Origin: Candidatus Babelota bacterium | GTDB lineage: Bacteria; Babelota; Babeliae; Babelales; UBA12411 | Reading direction: 5' to 3' | Length of the DNA: 64,000 nt | Assembly (NCBI GenBank): GCA_003511165.1 | Contig: DOJW01000007.1 | Span: 148,324 to 212,323, forward strand | Shown: one piece after another, positions 8,558-18,032 of the stretch | Position numbering within the stretch: position 1 is the stretch's first letter | Layout: each line of letters starts with the position of its first letter | Made by a program: the position numbers and the translations under genes | Notes under the pieces: model-generated | The model's database searches: none | The model's input: the letters and a program-made list of their open reading frames with translations, nothing else | Told to the model about the DNA's origin: nothing

Positions 8558-9658
8558 TTATAACCAAATAACTTTTATAACTTTAAAATATTGCGCAAGG
8601 TTTTCTTGTTCTTCCTTGTGACTACCGCTTCCTTTATTTGTAGAGCTTGTTTTTGGATTTTGTTTAACCAAAACGGCTAACAATTTTTGCTCTACATTTC
8701 CAATTTTTCCACATGATATCACAGTATACACAGATGGTGCAAATTGTTGAGATAATAATTTACCAAGCACTTGGAATGCTGCCGGTTTTTTCTCATAAAT
8801 AGGGATTAAAGCACCCCAATTAACATCCCAATTCGAACCAAGATCTAACTTAAATTTATCAATTGCTTTTACAAAATTTTCCTTCATCACACTCGCATCA
8901 TTTGGCTTTGGTAATCTTACACCAAACAAAACATCGAGCGAATGTGAAAACAACCAAGGCTCAACTTTTTCACTTTCAGAATAAACTGTAAAAAAATCTT
9001 GCAAATAAATAGTCGAATCTTCTTTACCACTTGCTGTTTTTTCAACTCGCTGAAGCGGTGAATACATCAAATTGATACTTTTCAAAGAATCTATCTCAAG
9101 CAATTCTGATAAATCTTCAATAGGTTTATTTTTTCGTTTAAAAAAATCTGTTAAATCTTTTAATATTTTTTCACCTTTGATGTTACTTCCTACAGTCATC
9201 AATTTGATAATATTTGCCATGTCTGGTTTAAATTCTTTTTTTTGAAAATCAAACCATTTGTTTAAATTAATTTTTCCATCTTCAGAGAAAATACAAACTT
9301 TTATTTCCCCATCTACACCGTCTTCTTTTTCAGTCAATTTAAAAATTTGCCAGCGATTTAAAACTGGCAATATTTTTTTCAATAAATTTTTGGCTTGTTT
9401 TTGCTCTTTGCTATCTTTATTTTGTTGCTCTTGTTCATTTTTTTCATTTATAGGCAAATAAGCTTCTCCAAGCTCTGCTCGTGCCATAGTAATACCACTC
9501 AAAGCAAGCAATTTAGCATTTTCTTGCAGATAAACAGTTTTCGTAAAAAAAAGATAAACATTTGTCTGCTGTGTAAGTTTTGAAACAACAAATGACAAAA
9601 ACGAAAGTACAAGTAAAACAAAAATCAAAATATAAGAAGAACTTTTTTTCATTTTCAT
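8558..9658 (-). CDS. GspK-like minor pseudopilin (T2SS/T4P-like)
   Basis: Position after three pseudopilin genes; single N-terminal hydrophobic helix (SSYILIFVLLVLSFLSFVV); ~366 aa, typical GspK size. No strong motif, so the call rests on position. Confidence 0.45.
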   Translation of the reverse strand: MKMKKSSSYILIFVLLVLSFLSFVVSKLTQQTNVYLFFTKTVYLQENAKLLALSGITMARAELGEAYLPINEKNEQEQQNKDSKEQKQAKNLLKKILPVLNRWQIFKLTEKEDGVDGEIKVCIFSEDGKINLNKWFDFQKKEFKPDMANIIKLMTVGSNIKGEKILKDLTDFFKRKNKPIEDLSELLEIDSLKSINLMYSPLQRVEKTASGKEDSTIYLQDFFTVYSESEKVEPWLFSHSLDVLFGVRLPKPNDASVMKENFVKAIDKFKLDLGSNWDVNWGALIPIYEKKPAAFQVLGKLLSQQFAPSVYTVISCGKIGNVEQKLLAVLVKQNPKTSSTNKGSGSHKEEQENLAQYFKVIKVIWL

Positions 9659-9670
9659 AAAAATCTTTTT

Positions 9671-10594
9671 TTAAGTAACCGGCGATTGGTTTGGTTGATT
9701 TACACTTTGCTGCGGAGCTTGTCCACCTTGCTGGCTTACATTCTGTTTTTCGCCCTGATCTTGTCGTACGCGCTTTGGCTGTTGCTGCGTAACTTTTTTA
9801 TTAAAAAAATTTATAAGCCCATCAAAAACAAACTCTTTATTTTTATTTTCACTCCAAAAAACAATATGATATTTTAAAAAATCTGGAATCTGATCTTTTG
9901 TTTTTTCGCCACCATCCCATTCAAACGACTTATAAATTTCTTTTTTAGATTTTCCAGTTTTTTGATCCTGCTTTTTAAGTTTTTTAAAAAATTGCAAAGA
10001 AATTTCTTTTATATTTTTCGCAACCAAATCGCTGTAAATAAAATCTTTTGATGATTTTCTTGTGATCGAATCTGCTTCTTTCAGCAAAACATTATCTAAT
10101 TTTTTAGTTTCGCGACGAATAAGGTCGTAACTATGCTTTTCTCGGTCCCCTGCTGTTTTATTTAACTTGAGCTCATAGCCTACTCGTACAAGATAAAATT
10201 TGTTTTCTTCTATATTTTGCAATGGGGATGTTGAAACAAAAGATGCAGTTTTAAAAAGTTTTCCTTTAGCTTTTCGCAAACTATTCAAAGTATCATCTTC
10301 CTGCGTTTGCGCTTGAAAAAATTTGTTAGGCGCTTCTTTACGATCTAAAGTAACTTTTTCCTCTTTTGTTGATGTCGAAGTAGTATCAAAAGAAAAAATT
10401 GTAACGGATGAGAAATCTCGTTCCATTTGATTTATAAGTAAAAAAGCCTGCTCATTAATTTTTATATTTTCATCGCCGATGGCAACAAAACGAAAAGAAC
10501 TTCGCATCGACATTATAATAAAGCTCATAAATGTTGCCGCAACACTCATGGCTATCAAAATTTCAAGCAAAGAAAATCCATAACTTTTTCGCAT
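9671..10594 (-). CDS. Pseudopilin (GspJ-like) with Gln-rich C-terminal tail
   Basis: Prepilin-type N-terminus MRKSYG/FSLLEILIAMSVAA (Gly at -1, Glu at +5). Q-rich tail ...QQGGQAPQQSVNQPNQSPVT. Confidence 0.6.
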   Translation of the reverse strand: MRKSYGFSLLEILIAMSVAATFMSFIIMSMRSSFRFVAIGDENIKINEQAFLLINQMERDFSSVTIFSFDTTSTSTKEEKVTLDRKEAPNKFFQAQTQEDDTLNSLRKAKGKLFKTASFVSTSPLQNIEENKFYLVRVGYELKLNKTAGDREKHSYDLIRRETKKLDNVLLKEADSITRKSSKDFIYSDLVAKNIKEISLQFFKKLKKQDQKTGKSKKEIYKSFEWDGGEKTKDQIPDFLKYHIVFWSENKNKEFVFDGLINFFNKKVTQQQPKRVRQDQGEKQNVSQQGGQAPQQSVNQPNQSPVT

Positions 10595-10604
10595 AACTCT
10601 TCTT

Positions 10605-11036
10605 TTACTTTTTAAAATCTAAAGCTTTTAATTTAAAAGTGCTTTCATTAGATCTGCCTTTTAAAAAACTTTTCCAGCTACCTTCACAAGTTGCCCAGTC
10701 CAAATGTTTTGAAAAATCTTTTAGAGAAGATCTACCATTAATACCTTCTGATGAAAGATTTATTACAAGTTCGGGCTTTTCAAATTTTTTCTTAAAGCTG
10801 CTTTTTTTCCAAACCGCTTCGTCCAAATCTTCTTGCAAATGAAATATTTTTTTATACAAATATTCTTTTACCAAAAATACTCTGCTGGCCTCTTCTCGTC
10901 TTTTAAAAATAAAATTTAAAGACTGTTTTTGAGAATAAAAAATGATAAATGAAATGGAAGCAAAAAGCCCCATCGCGACAATCACTTCCAAAAAGGTAAA
11001 AGCTGCTTTTTTTGCAATTTTCATTCTCTTACCCAT
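10605..11036 (-). CDS. Pseudopilin (GspI-like)
   Basis: Prepilin-type N-terminus KKAA/FTFLEVIVAMGLFA; 143 aa; position in the cluster. Confidence 0.55.
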   Translation of the reverse strand: MGKRMKIAKKAAFTFLEVIVAMGLFASISFIIFYSQKQSLNFIFKRREEASRVFLVKEYLYKKIFHLQEDLDEAVWKKSSFKKKFEKPELVINLSSEGINGRSSLKDFSKHLDWATCEGSWKSFLKGRSNESTFKLKALDFKK

Positions 11037-11554
11037 CCATCCAAAAGTTCAAAATAACCTAAAAAAGATTGCGCTTGGAGTGTCACTTTAGCTTCAGTTC
11101 CACCCTCACTTGCAATCGCAAGCTGCACAAAGATGGACGGTAAGATTCCATTTTTGGAAAAATCTACAAACACAGAGCCGCGTCGATCTTCATCCATTCT
11201 TTTACCATCTTTGTAAACAGATCGTGTCGTAATATTTTGTGGGAAATCATATTTTGTTTTCAAATAAGAAGACACAAACTCTTCTCGTTTTCCCTTGCCT
11301 GCAGAATCTGTAACAAGCTTAAAAATAGCAATTCCGTCTCTTTTTATTTCGATAGAAAATTTAGTATCAGAAATAAAAGCGTTTTGTTTTGTTAGAAAAA
11401 CTATATTGTTTATTTTTTTAACAACTGTCTGAATATTATCTTCAGCTTTTTTAAATTTGAAAAACCGAGTTGCTATGGACATTAAAAAAATCATAATGCC
11501 CATAGCAACAACAACTTCAATTAAAGTAAATGCACTGCGATTTACTTTATTCAC
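11021..11554 (-). CDS. Pseudopilin (GspH-like)
   Basis: Prepilin-type N-terminus NRSA/FTLIEVVVAMGIM; 177 aa; position in the cluster. Confidence 0.55.
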   Translation of the reverse strand: MNKVNRSAFTLIEVVVAMGIMIFLMSIATRFFKFKKAEDNIQTVVKKINNIVFLTKQNAFISDTKFSIEIKRDGIAIFKLVTDSAGKGKREEFVSSYLKTKYDFPQNITTRSVYKDGKRMDEDRRGSVFVDFSKNGILPSIFVQLAIASEGGTEAKVTLQAQSFLGYFELLDGWVRE

Positions 11555-11558
11555 AAGT

Positions 11559-11963
11559 TTAATCTCCTAGAACTATTTCTCCGCCACCTTGTGGATCGCC
11601 TTGAGAAATTAATTCATAAATTTTAAATTCTTTATGTTGAATCTCTTGTCCTGCATGATATTCGATAGGATTACCCCACGCATCATTTATAAATTTTTCG
11701 CTATCTAAATAAGTAGTTCCTTGACGTGGAACAAGCAAAATAGCAAGACCTTCTCTTGTTGTTGGATATTTGTTTGTATCGCTAGAATATAAAAGCAAAG
11801 CATTTTTAATAACACCCATTATCTGTATTGTCTCTTTAACACTAGCTTGTTTTTTAAATTTTTTAACGATTGTAAATACCGTTGCCATCAACGCAACGGC
11901 TAAACTTAACGCAATAACAATTTCAATCAGCGTAAACGCTTCGCTTTTTCTTGATAAATTCAT
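11559..11963 (-). CDS. gspG: Major pseudopilin GspG-like
   Basis: SEA/FTLIEIVIALSLAV N-terminus and DAWGNPIEY (compare the GspG DPWGNPYxY block). 134 aa, immediately downstream of gspF. Confidence 0.7.
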   Translation of the reverse strand: MNLSRKSEAFTLIEIVIALSLAVALMATVFTIVKKFKKQASVKETIQIMGVIKNALLLYSSDTNKYPTTREGLAILLVPRQGTTYLDSEKFINDAWGNPIEYHAGQEIQHKEFKIYELISQGDPQGGGEIVLGD

Positions 11964-11981
11964 AAGACTCCTCTATTTAAA

Positions 11982-13208
11982 TTAACCCATTTTTTCGAAT
12001 GCACTTCCTATATCTTTCATAGGAAGGAACATCGCTAACACTATAAAAAAAATCAATCCTCCAACAATCAAAATCATTAAAGGATTTATTTTGGCAATTA
12101 AACTGTCAATTAGTTCAAAAAGATCTCTTTCGTAATCATTTCCAACCGATGTTAACATTTCAGCCAATTTTCCAGACTGCTCTCCAGTACTTACCATATA
12201 ACTTACGATCGGAGGGAAGATTTGTGTTTCACCAAGATATTTCGAAATTTTTCCTTCCTTTATAATTTTGTCTCTCGCATTTTTCAAAGTTCTGGTCAAA
12301 ACAGTATTATCGACAAGATTGCAAACGATATCAAGAGACTCTGCCAAATTCACTCCGCTCTCAAGAAGCATCCCAAAAGTTTTTGTAAAATCTACAACAA
12401 CTTTGGCTTTGGTAAAATATGAAAATATTGGAAGTTGCAATTTTAATTTATCAAATGAATGACGACCGTTTGGAGTTGATTTCCAATATTTAAACAAAAT
12501 AAAACCACCGATTGAAAATACAACAATCCAAAATAAATAAGCGGAAAAAAAATCTGATATACCCAAAACAAAACGTGTTGGCCAAGGAAGTTCTATACCG
12601 CTTTCTTTAAAAACTTCTACGATTTTGGGAACCGCAAATGTGATAAGTAAAGATACGATAACTACAGATATTCCAATCATCATCACAGGATAAGACATAG
12701 CTTTTTTCACGCGGCGTCGAATTTCATCCATTCGTTCCAGATAAACAGCTAAATTTTTCAAAACCGCTTCTAGATTTCCACTCGCTTCACCAGCGCGAAC
12801 AAGTTGTACATAAACATTAGAAAAAACTTTTGGATAACGTTCAAGAGAAGTTGCAAAAGATTTTCCACTTTTCAAATCATCTTTTACTTCTATCAAAATC
12901 CTACGCAACTTTCCTTCAAATTGTTCCGCCAAAAGTTCTACCCCTTGCAGCAAAGGTACACCTGCTTTCAAAAGAACTGCTAACTGCTTGGTAAGTAAAA
13001 TTATACTTTTTTGATCGACCGATCTTTCAAACAAATCTTTTATCGAAAATCCACCGGCTGCATCAAGGGCCGCAATTTCATTCATTTTTATCGGCATAAA
13101 ACCTTGACTTCGGATAATTTCTTTTGCGGTTTGGATGGTAGAGGCTTCTATCGTTCCGCTAACCTTTTTCCCCAATTTATTAAAGGCGTCATATTTAAAA
13201 AGAGGCAC
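11982..13208 (-). CDS. gspF: Type II secretion / type IV pilus platform protein GspF/PilC family
   Basis: 408 aa with a duplicated T2SSF-type domain (LTKQLAVLLKAGVPLLQGVELL and FTKTFGMLLESGVNLAESLDIV) and three TM segments. Confidence 0.85.
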   Translation of the reverse strand: MPLFKYDAFNKLGKKVSGTIEASTIQTAKEIIRSQGFMPIKMNEIAALDAAGGFSIKDLFERSVDQKSIILLTKQLAVLLKAGVPLLQGVELLAEQFEGKLRRILIEVKDDLKSGKSFATSLERYPKVFSNVYVQLVRAGEASGNLEAVLKNLAVYLERMDEIRRRVKKAMSYPVMMIGISVVIVSLLITFAVPKIVEVFKESGIELPWPTRFVLGISDFFSAYLFWIVVFSIGGFILFKYWKSTPNGRHSFDKLKLQLPIFSYFTKAKVVVDFTKTFGMLLESGVNLAESLDIVCNLVDNTVLTRTLKNARDKIIKEGKISKYLGETQIFPPIVSYMVSTGEQSGKLAEMLTSVGNDYERDLFELIDSLIAKINPLMILIVGGLIFFIVLAMFLPMKDIGSAFEKMG

Positions 13209-13347
13209 AATTAAACTCCTTTACCTTAATTTATTTTTCTCACTCTTGAAAAAATATTTAAGACCATGATATCATCCAAAGCGTAAAACTTTGTTTAAAA
13301 ATGCAAAACAATTTAATATTTAGCACTTTAACAAAAAGGGACAAGGA

Positions 13348-14358
13348 ATGAAAATAAAAAATATAGTTATATTGGTAGTAGCTTTGGCAGCAATAATTAA
13401 CTTTGATAAAAACATTTTTGCAAAATCAAATATCTCCAAAAAAAATTATTTTACTGCGCATCCTTCAGTCAAATACAATGTCAATTTAAATAGCGAATAT
13501 AAAACACAGCAATTTAACACCGCACTAGAAAAGTATATAAAAGAAGAATACAACAGCAGTGACTATGCAGATTACATTTCACAAAACAGCGGGCACTTTC
13601 TCGAGCTTTTAAAAATTATAGACAATTTCAAATTGGGAGACGACTCCATCCCTTATTTTTATACAATATTCAAACTTTTCAACGACAAAATGAAATCATG
13701 CGAACTTGTAGATTACGCTGTTGTTCAATCAATTTTAGAAGAGATGCCACAAATTTTAAAACCTTATTTAAAAGCAGAAAACGTTGATGTCAAAACATTA
13801 ATTGAAAAGCAACTTGATTATCTAATTCAATCCAAAATGCAAACATACCTAAAACCAGTCAAAACACCAGTCAGCAACATAAAAAACTTTTCAAATAATT
13901 TAACACGCGAACTATCAACAACTTATCAAAACGAAAAAGATAAGATCGAAAATTTGTTTAAATTGAGAAGTATCGCAGTACGCTTTTTAGAAAATATAAT
14001 CGGTAAATCAGTCTGGAGCAAAAGCCACTATGAATCAATCTGGCCCGCTTTCACCAAAATCTCATTTTTGATTGATAATCTTTATAAATATGAAATCATT
14101 GATGATGAAGACGAAATAGACAGTCTAAAATGGTCGCTCGTTCATTCATTTTGCAAATTTATAGATATTGTCAGCATTGAACTTCCACTAGATTTTTACG
14201 AAGAAATCGAAGACGATCTTGTAAATAAAACAATTCCATTTTTAGAGGAAGAAGAACAAGATGCATTCATCAAAACAAAAAAAACAACCATCGGTGAATG
14301 CCTGCTAAAAACTAAGAGCCGAACTATTGGATATAAGAAGATGGGAATCATTTCATAA
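13348..14358 (+). CDS. Hypothetical secreted protein
   Basis: Full ORF with signal peptide MKIKNIVILVVALAAIINFDKNIFA. No family recognised. Confidence 0.55.
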   Translation: MKIKNIVILVVALAAIINFDKNIFAKSNISKKNYFTAHPSVKYNVNLNSEYKTQQFNTALEKYIKEEYNSSDYADYISQNSGHFLELLKIIDNFKLGDDSIPYFYTIFKLFNDKMKSCELVDYAVVQSILEEMPQILKPYLKAENVDVKTLIEKQLDYLIQSKMQTYLKPVKTPVSNIKNFSNNLTRELSTTYQNEKDKIENLFKLRSIAVRFLENIIGKSVWSKSHYESIWPAFTKISFLIDNLYKYEIIDDEDEIDSLKWSLVHSFCKFIDIVSIELPLDFYEEIEDDLVNKTIPFLEEEEQDAFIKTKKTTIGECLLKTKSRTIGYKKMGIIS

Positions 14359-14403
14359 GGAATTTATCATCCCTTATTTATATCCCAATTTTTAAAACTT
14401 AAT

Positions 14404-14862
14404 TTATATATTTATTCTTAGTTTATCTTTTAATTTATTCTGCTTTAAGTTTGTTTTTCTTTTTTCTTTAATCAAATTAGCTCCGCTAGGGCCAAGGGTG
14501 TTGATTTGAACACCCTTGGATCCCCAAACTAAAGAAGTTTCTTTAGAATCTCTGACGCCTGAAACTCCCGCATCCAGTCTAGCCCGGACTTCGCATAAAG
14601 CTATGTCGGGCTAGACTGGACTGCGGTTCTAACAGCCAGGCTAATTTGGAATCTACAAATTTATATTATAGAAATCCAGGAAAATATAATTATTAAATAC
14701 TGATCCAGCACTACCTGTTTGAGTCGGAGTACAACGTAGTTGTATCCCGGCGAGTTTAGTGCTGTAGAGATTTTAAAGAAACCTCTTTAATGTGTGATTG
14801 CAAAGGATGCACACCCATCCTTTGCCGCACAGCGCGTAGCTGCTAAGGATAAAAAAATAGAA
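14404..14862. repeat. GC-rich composite repeat island A (non-coding, modular hairpins)
   Basis: 14471-14535 is nearly identical to the reverse complement of 43643-43707. 14701-14830 is ~95% identical to 51368-51497. The end module cctttgcc..gctgctaaggataaaaa is shared with the island B left end (inverted) and the island C right end. GC-rich in an AT-rich background. Confidence 0.8.
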
Positions 14863-15065
14863 TAAAAAAGCATAAGAAAAATACCTAAAATACTAATAGG
14901 ATTTATAAAAACATCCCTTCCATACCTCTTAAAACCAAAAAACAATTAAATTCAAGGTTTTTTAAAACAATTTTTAACGCTAACTATCAAACCTTTAAGT
15001 TTTTCAAATTTCGCTTTATCATATTTGGATATAAAAATTAAAAACCAAATCTGTAAGGGAACAAT

Positions 15066-16460
15066 ATGTTACCAAACATTTTCAGAGAATATGATATCCG
15101 CGGTGTTATAGGGAAATCATTTTTGATAGATGAAGCAGAAAACCTAGCACAATCTATTGTCACATATTTTTTGAGCAAAAATCCAAATATTAATACCGTA
15201 ACTGTAGCGATGGACGGCAGAATTCATTCACAAGCGATCAAAGAAAAAGTAATCAATTCAATTACGCAAATGGGTATAAATGTCATCGACATCGGACTCT
15301 GCCCAACTCCTACATTCTATTTTTCACTTTTCATGCACCCAGAAAGCACAAGCGGTTTAATGATCACGGCATCACACAACCCAAAAGAATATAACGGAAT
15401 GAAAATCTGTTTTGAAAAACAATCGGTGTTTGGAAAAGAGATCCAAGAAATCAAAAAAATCAGCGAATCTCAAAATTTCTTTGAAAACAAAACAGGCAAA
15501 GTTGGCACGGTCGCAAAATACGATGCAACAAATTTGTACATCAAATGGCTCACAGACAACTTCGCACATCTAAAAAATTTACCCATTTCTGCACTTATTG
15601 ACTGCGGAAATGGAACCGCAGGAGCAATATTGCCTCAATTGATATCTGCAATGGGATGGAAAAATGTAAAAACAATTTACGAAGAAATCGACGGTAATTT
15701 TCCAAACCACGAAGCTGATCCAACAACTTATGAAAACATGCACGAAATAATTTTAAAATTAAAAAATAATTCTACTTTTGAACTTGGAATAGGATTCGAT
15801 GGCGATTGTGATCGAATGTCTCCAATAACCAAAAATGGCAAAATAGTTGAAGGCGACAAATTACTTGCCTTATTTTCAAAACAAATTTTAAAAGACGTTC
15901 CAAATGCTACCATCGTTTTCGACATCAAAAGCTCTTGTGGACTTATGGAGCTACTTGAAGAATGGGGCGCAAAACAAATTTTGGCACCATCCGGCCATTC
16001 ACTAATCAAAAATACAATGATCCAAAATAATGCAATGCTCGCAGGCGAACTTAGTTGCCACTTTTTCTTCAAACATCGCTACTTCGGCTATGATGATGGA
16101 ATTTATGCAATGATGCGCACATTTGAAATTTTGCTCGAAGAAAATAAAAGCTTAGAAGAACTGCTGCAAATTTTTCCTCAAAAATTTAGCTCTCCAGAAT
16201 ATCGCCTCACTTGCAAAGAAGAAGAAAAACAAGAAATTGTTGAAAAAGTTAAATCTTATTTTTCACAAAAGGTTGATGCCAAACTTATCACAATCGATGG
16301 AATCCGTGCACAACTACCATTCGGTTGGGGGCTGGTCAGAGCTTCAAACACCCAACCAGCCATGACATTACGATTTGAGGCAAATAGCTACGAAAACCTA
16401 GAAGCAATAAAATATGAATTCAAAATAGCTTTAAATCCATATTTCCAAACTGATTTTTAA
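15066..16460 (+). CDS. Phosphomannomutase/phosphoglucomutase (alpha-D-phosphohexomutase)
   Basis: Active-site loop TASHNPKEYNGMKI and metal-binding loop GIGFDGDCDR; 464 aa. Confidence 0.85.
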   Translation: MLPNIFREYDIRGVIGKSFLIDEAENLAQSIVTYFLSKNPNINTVTVAMDGRIHSQAIKEKVINSITQMGINVIDIGLCPTPTFYFSLFMHPESTSGLMITASHNPKEYNGMKICFEKQSVFGKEIQEIKKISESQNFFENKTGKVGTVAKYDATNLYIKWLTDNFAHLKNLPISALIDCGNGTAGAILPQLISAMGWKNVKTIYEEIDGNFPNHEADPTTYENMHEIILKLKNNSTFELGIGFDGDCDRMSPITKNGKIVEGDKLLALFSKQILKDVPNATIVFDIKSSCGLMELLEEWGAKQILAPSGHSLIKNTMIQNNAMLAGELSCHFFFKHRYFGYDDGIYAMMRTFEILLEENKSLEELLQIFPQKFSSPEYRLTCKEEEKQEIVEKVKSYFSQKVDAKLITIDGIRAQLPFGWGLVRASNTQPAMTLRFEANSYENLEAIKYEFKIALNPYFQTDF

Positions 16461-16468
16461 CCTGCTGT

Positions 16469-17851
16469 TTAAACTTTGGCTTTTCTTTGTGGCAAAGTAT
16501 CTTTTACGTTTCTCCAGACTTTTGCTATCTGCTGCAGTAAATCTAAATTAAAAGTTTGTGGATCACGATAAAACAAATTTAAATTACTTGAAACCATCGA
16601 ATCTATAATTGCAAAATTCAAAGTTTCAAGAAATTCAAAATCGCTAACACCTAAAACATCATTTTGCATTTTGATAATTTGCTCATCAAAAGAAATAACA
16701 TAACCATGCCCATTGAAACTAATAAAATCTCTTCGATGCGTTTGCACTAAAAGAGCTTTTTGCACCTCTTGCCATACCTCCACAAATGAAAGATATAAAT
16801 CTTCGCCTTGATATTTAATAGTCTGTTTGATAAACGCATAACGTTTGAACAACCGAAATAAACCAGGAATCTTTAATATATTCTCACAGTTTGCACCAAA
16901 CCAAAGCAGCATGAGTTGCTGAGAAAAATAGTAAGCTAAAATTTGATGTTTTCCTGGTAAAAATTTTTGAACCTCAGCAAAATCATATTTCTCACCATTC
17001 TTACCATAGAACTCACCCTTCTTAAGCTGTTTATATGTTTTCCAAGGTTTAAAATAAAAATCTACAACCTGTTTTGATTTTTTATAAAGATCTTTTCGTT
17101 CTTCAAATAGTTTTGCCAGTTGAACTTGAAACAAATTATCTTTTGAGAAATGTGCAGCATTCCAAAGATTAAATCTATCTTTATTACAATATCTTTCTAA
17201 CTCTTTAAAAATGGGGAAATCCAAATCACTTTTTGCAACTGCTGTATTTGCATTGCTTAGTCCAAGACGTAAAAGCATTAATTTATAAATTCCCAATTCG
17301 GATAACGCAAATTGCTTATTTTCTAAATTTTTAAAAATAATTTTCGAAATCCCGGGCGCCGAGCAAGTATCTAAATTTAATAATAAACAACCGCCACCAA
17401 CATTTTTCATTTTTTCGGCAACTGATAAATCTATAAAAAACGCTGGTGAAACTGGTAAAAATAATGACTTATCCTTTTGTAAAAAAATATTTTTGCGATT
17501 TGCATCATAGATATGAGGAAAAACAACTCCCTTTGCTGTCGCATTTTCTAAAAAATCGATTGTTGCTTTAAAAGTCTTTTTATTTGTCACAATATCTTGT
17601 ATAAATTTTTCCCAAGACTTTGTTTGTTTAGAATACTTTTCAGTCCATTCATTTTTTGTAAGCCATTCAAATCGATTTAAATTACTAAAACCAACATTTC
17701 TCATATCTTCAAGTAGTTGTAAATTTAAAATCGGAGCGAAAATGGTCTCATCAGTTGAACACTGAAAAAATAAATATTTTGGATTTTTACCTAAATTACA
17801 CAATAAATTTGGCGTAAACAACAATAAAAAAAATAAATATTTTTTAAACAT
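16469..17851 (-). CDS. Hypothetical secreted protein
   Basis: Full ORF with a hydrophobic N-terminal signal sequence. No family recognised. Confidence 0.55.
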   Translation of the reverse strand: MFKKYLFFLLLFTPNLLCNLGKNPKYLFFQCSTDETIFAPILNLQLLEDMRNVGFSNLNRFEWLTKNEWTEKYSKQTKSWEKFIQDIVTNKKTFKATIDFLENATAKGVVFPHIYDANRKNIFLQKDKSLFLPVSPAFFIDLSVAEKMKNVGGGCLLLNLDTCSAPGISKIIFKNLENKQFALSELGIYKLMLLRLGLSNANTAVAKSDLDFPIFKELERYCNKDRFNLWNAAHFSKDNLFQVQLAKLFEERKDLYKKSKQVVDFYFKPWKTYKQLKKGEFYGKNGEKYDFAEVQKFLPGKHQILAYYFSQQLMLLWFGANCENILKIPGLFRLFKRYAFIKQTIKYQGEDLYLSFVEVWQEVQKALLVQTHRRDFISFNGHGYVISFDEQIIKMQNDVLGVSDFEFLETLNFAIIDSMVSSNLNLFYRDPQTFNLDLLQQIAKVWRNVKDTLPQRKAKV

Positions 17852-18032
17852 TTTATTAAATCTCCCTTTTTATCCCTAATACCCCTAGATTCCCAAAACA
17901 TCTATATAATTCAATTATAAAGTAAGATGATGTTTACATTGAATAAAAAGAATAAAAACCCTAAGGATGACTTTTTATTAAAAGAACATTATCTTTAAAA
18001 TCTAAATTTTTAGAAGCGAAAAGGATAACAAA

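Noticed and set aside
14707-14763. Hammerhead-like ribozyme reading of CUGUUUGAG-hairpin-GAGUUU in the island units
   Set aside because: The conserved hammerhead core (CUGANGA ... GAAA) is not present. The resemblance is superficial.
14404-14862. Known structured RNAs in the GC-rich islands (tRNA, tmRNA, RNase P RNA, SRP RNA)
   Set aside because: I found no T-loop/acceptor pattern (GGTTCGAATCC...CCA), no tmRNA tag or 3' tRNA-like end, no RNase P GAAAGTCC P4 element and no SRP GGAA/AGCA motif. The multi-copy mosaic nature also argues against single-copy housekeeping RNAs.
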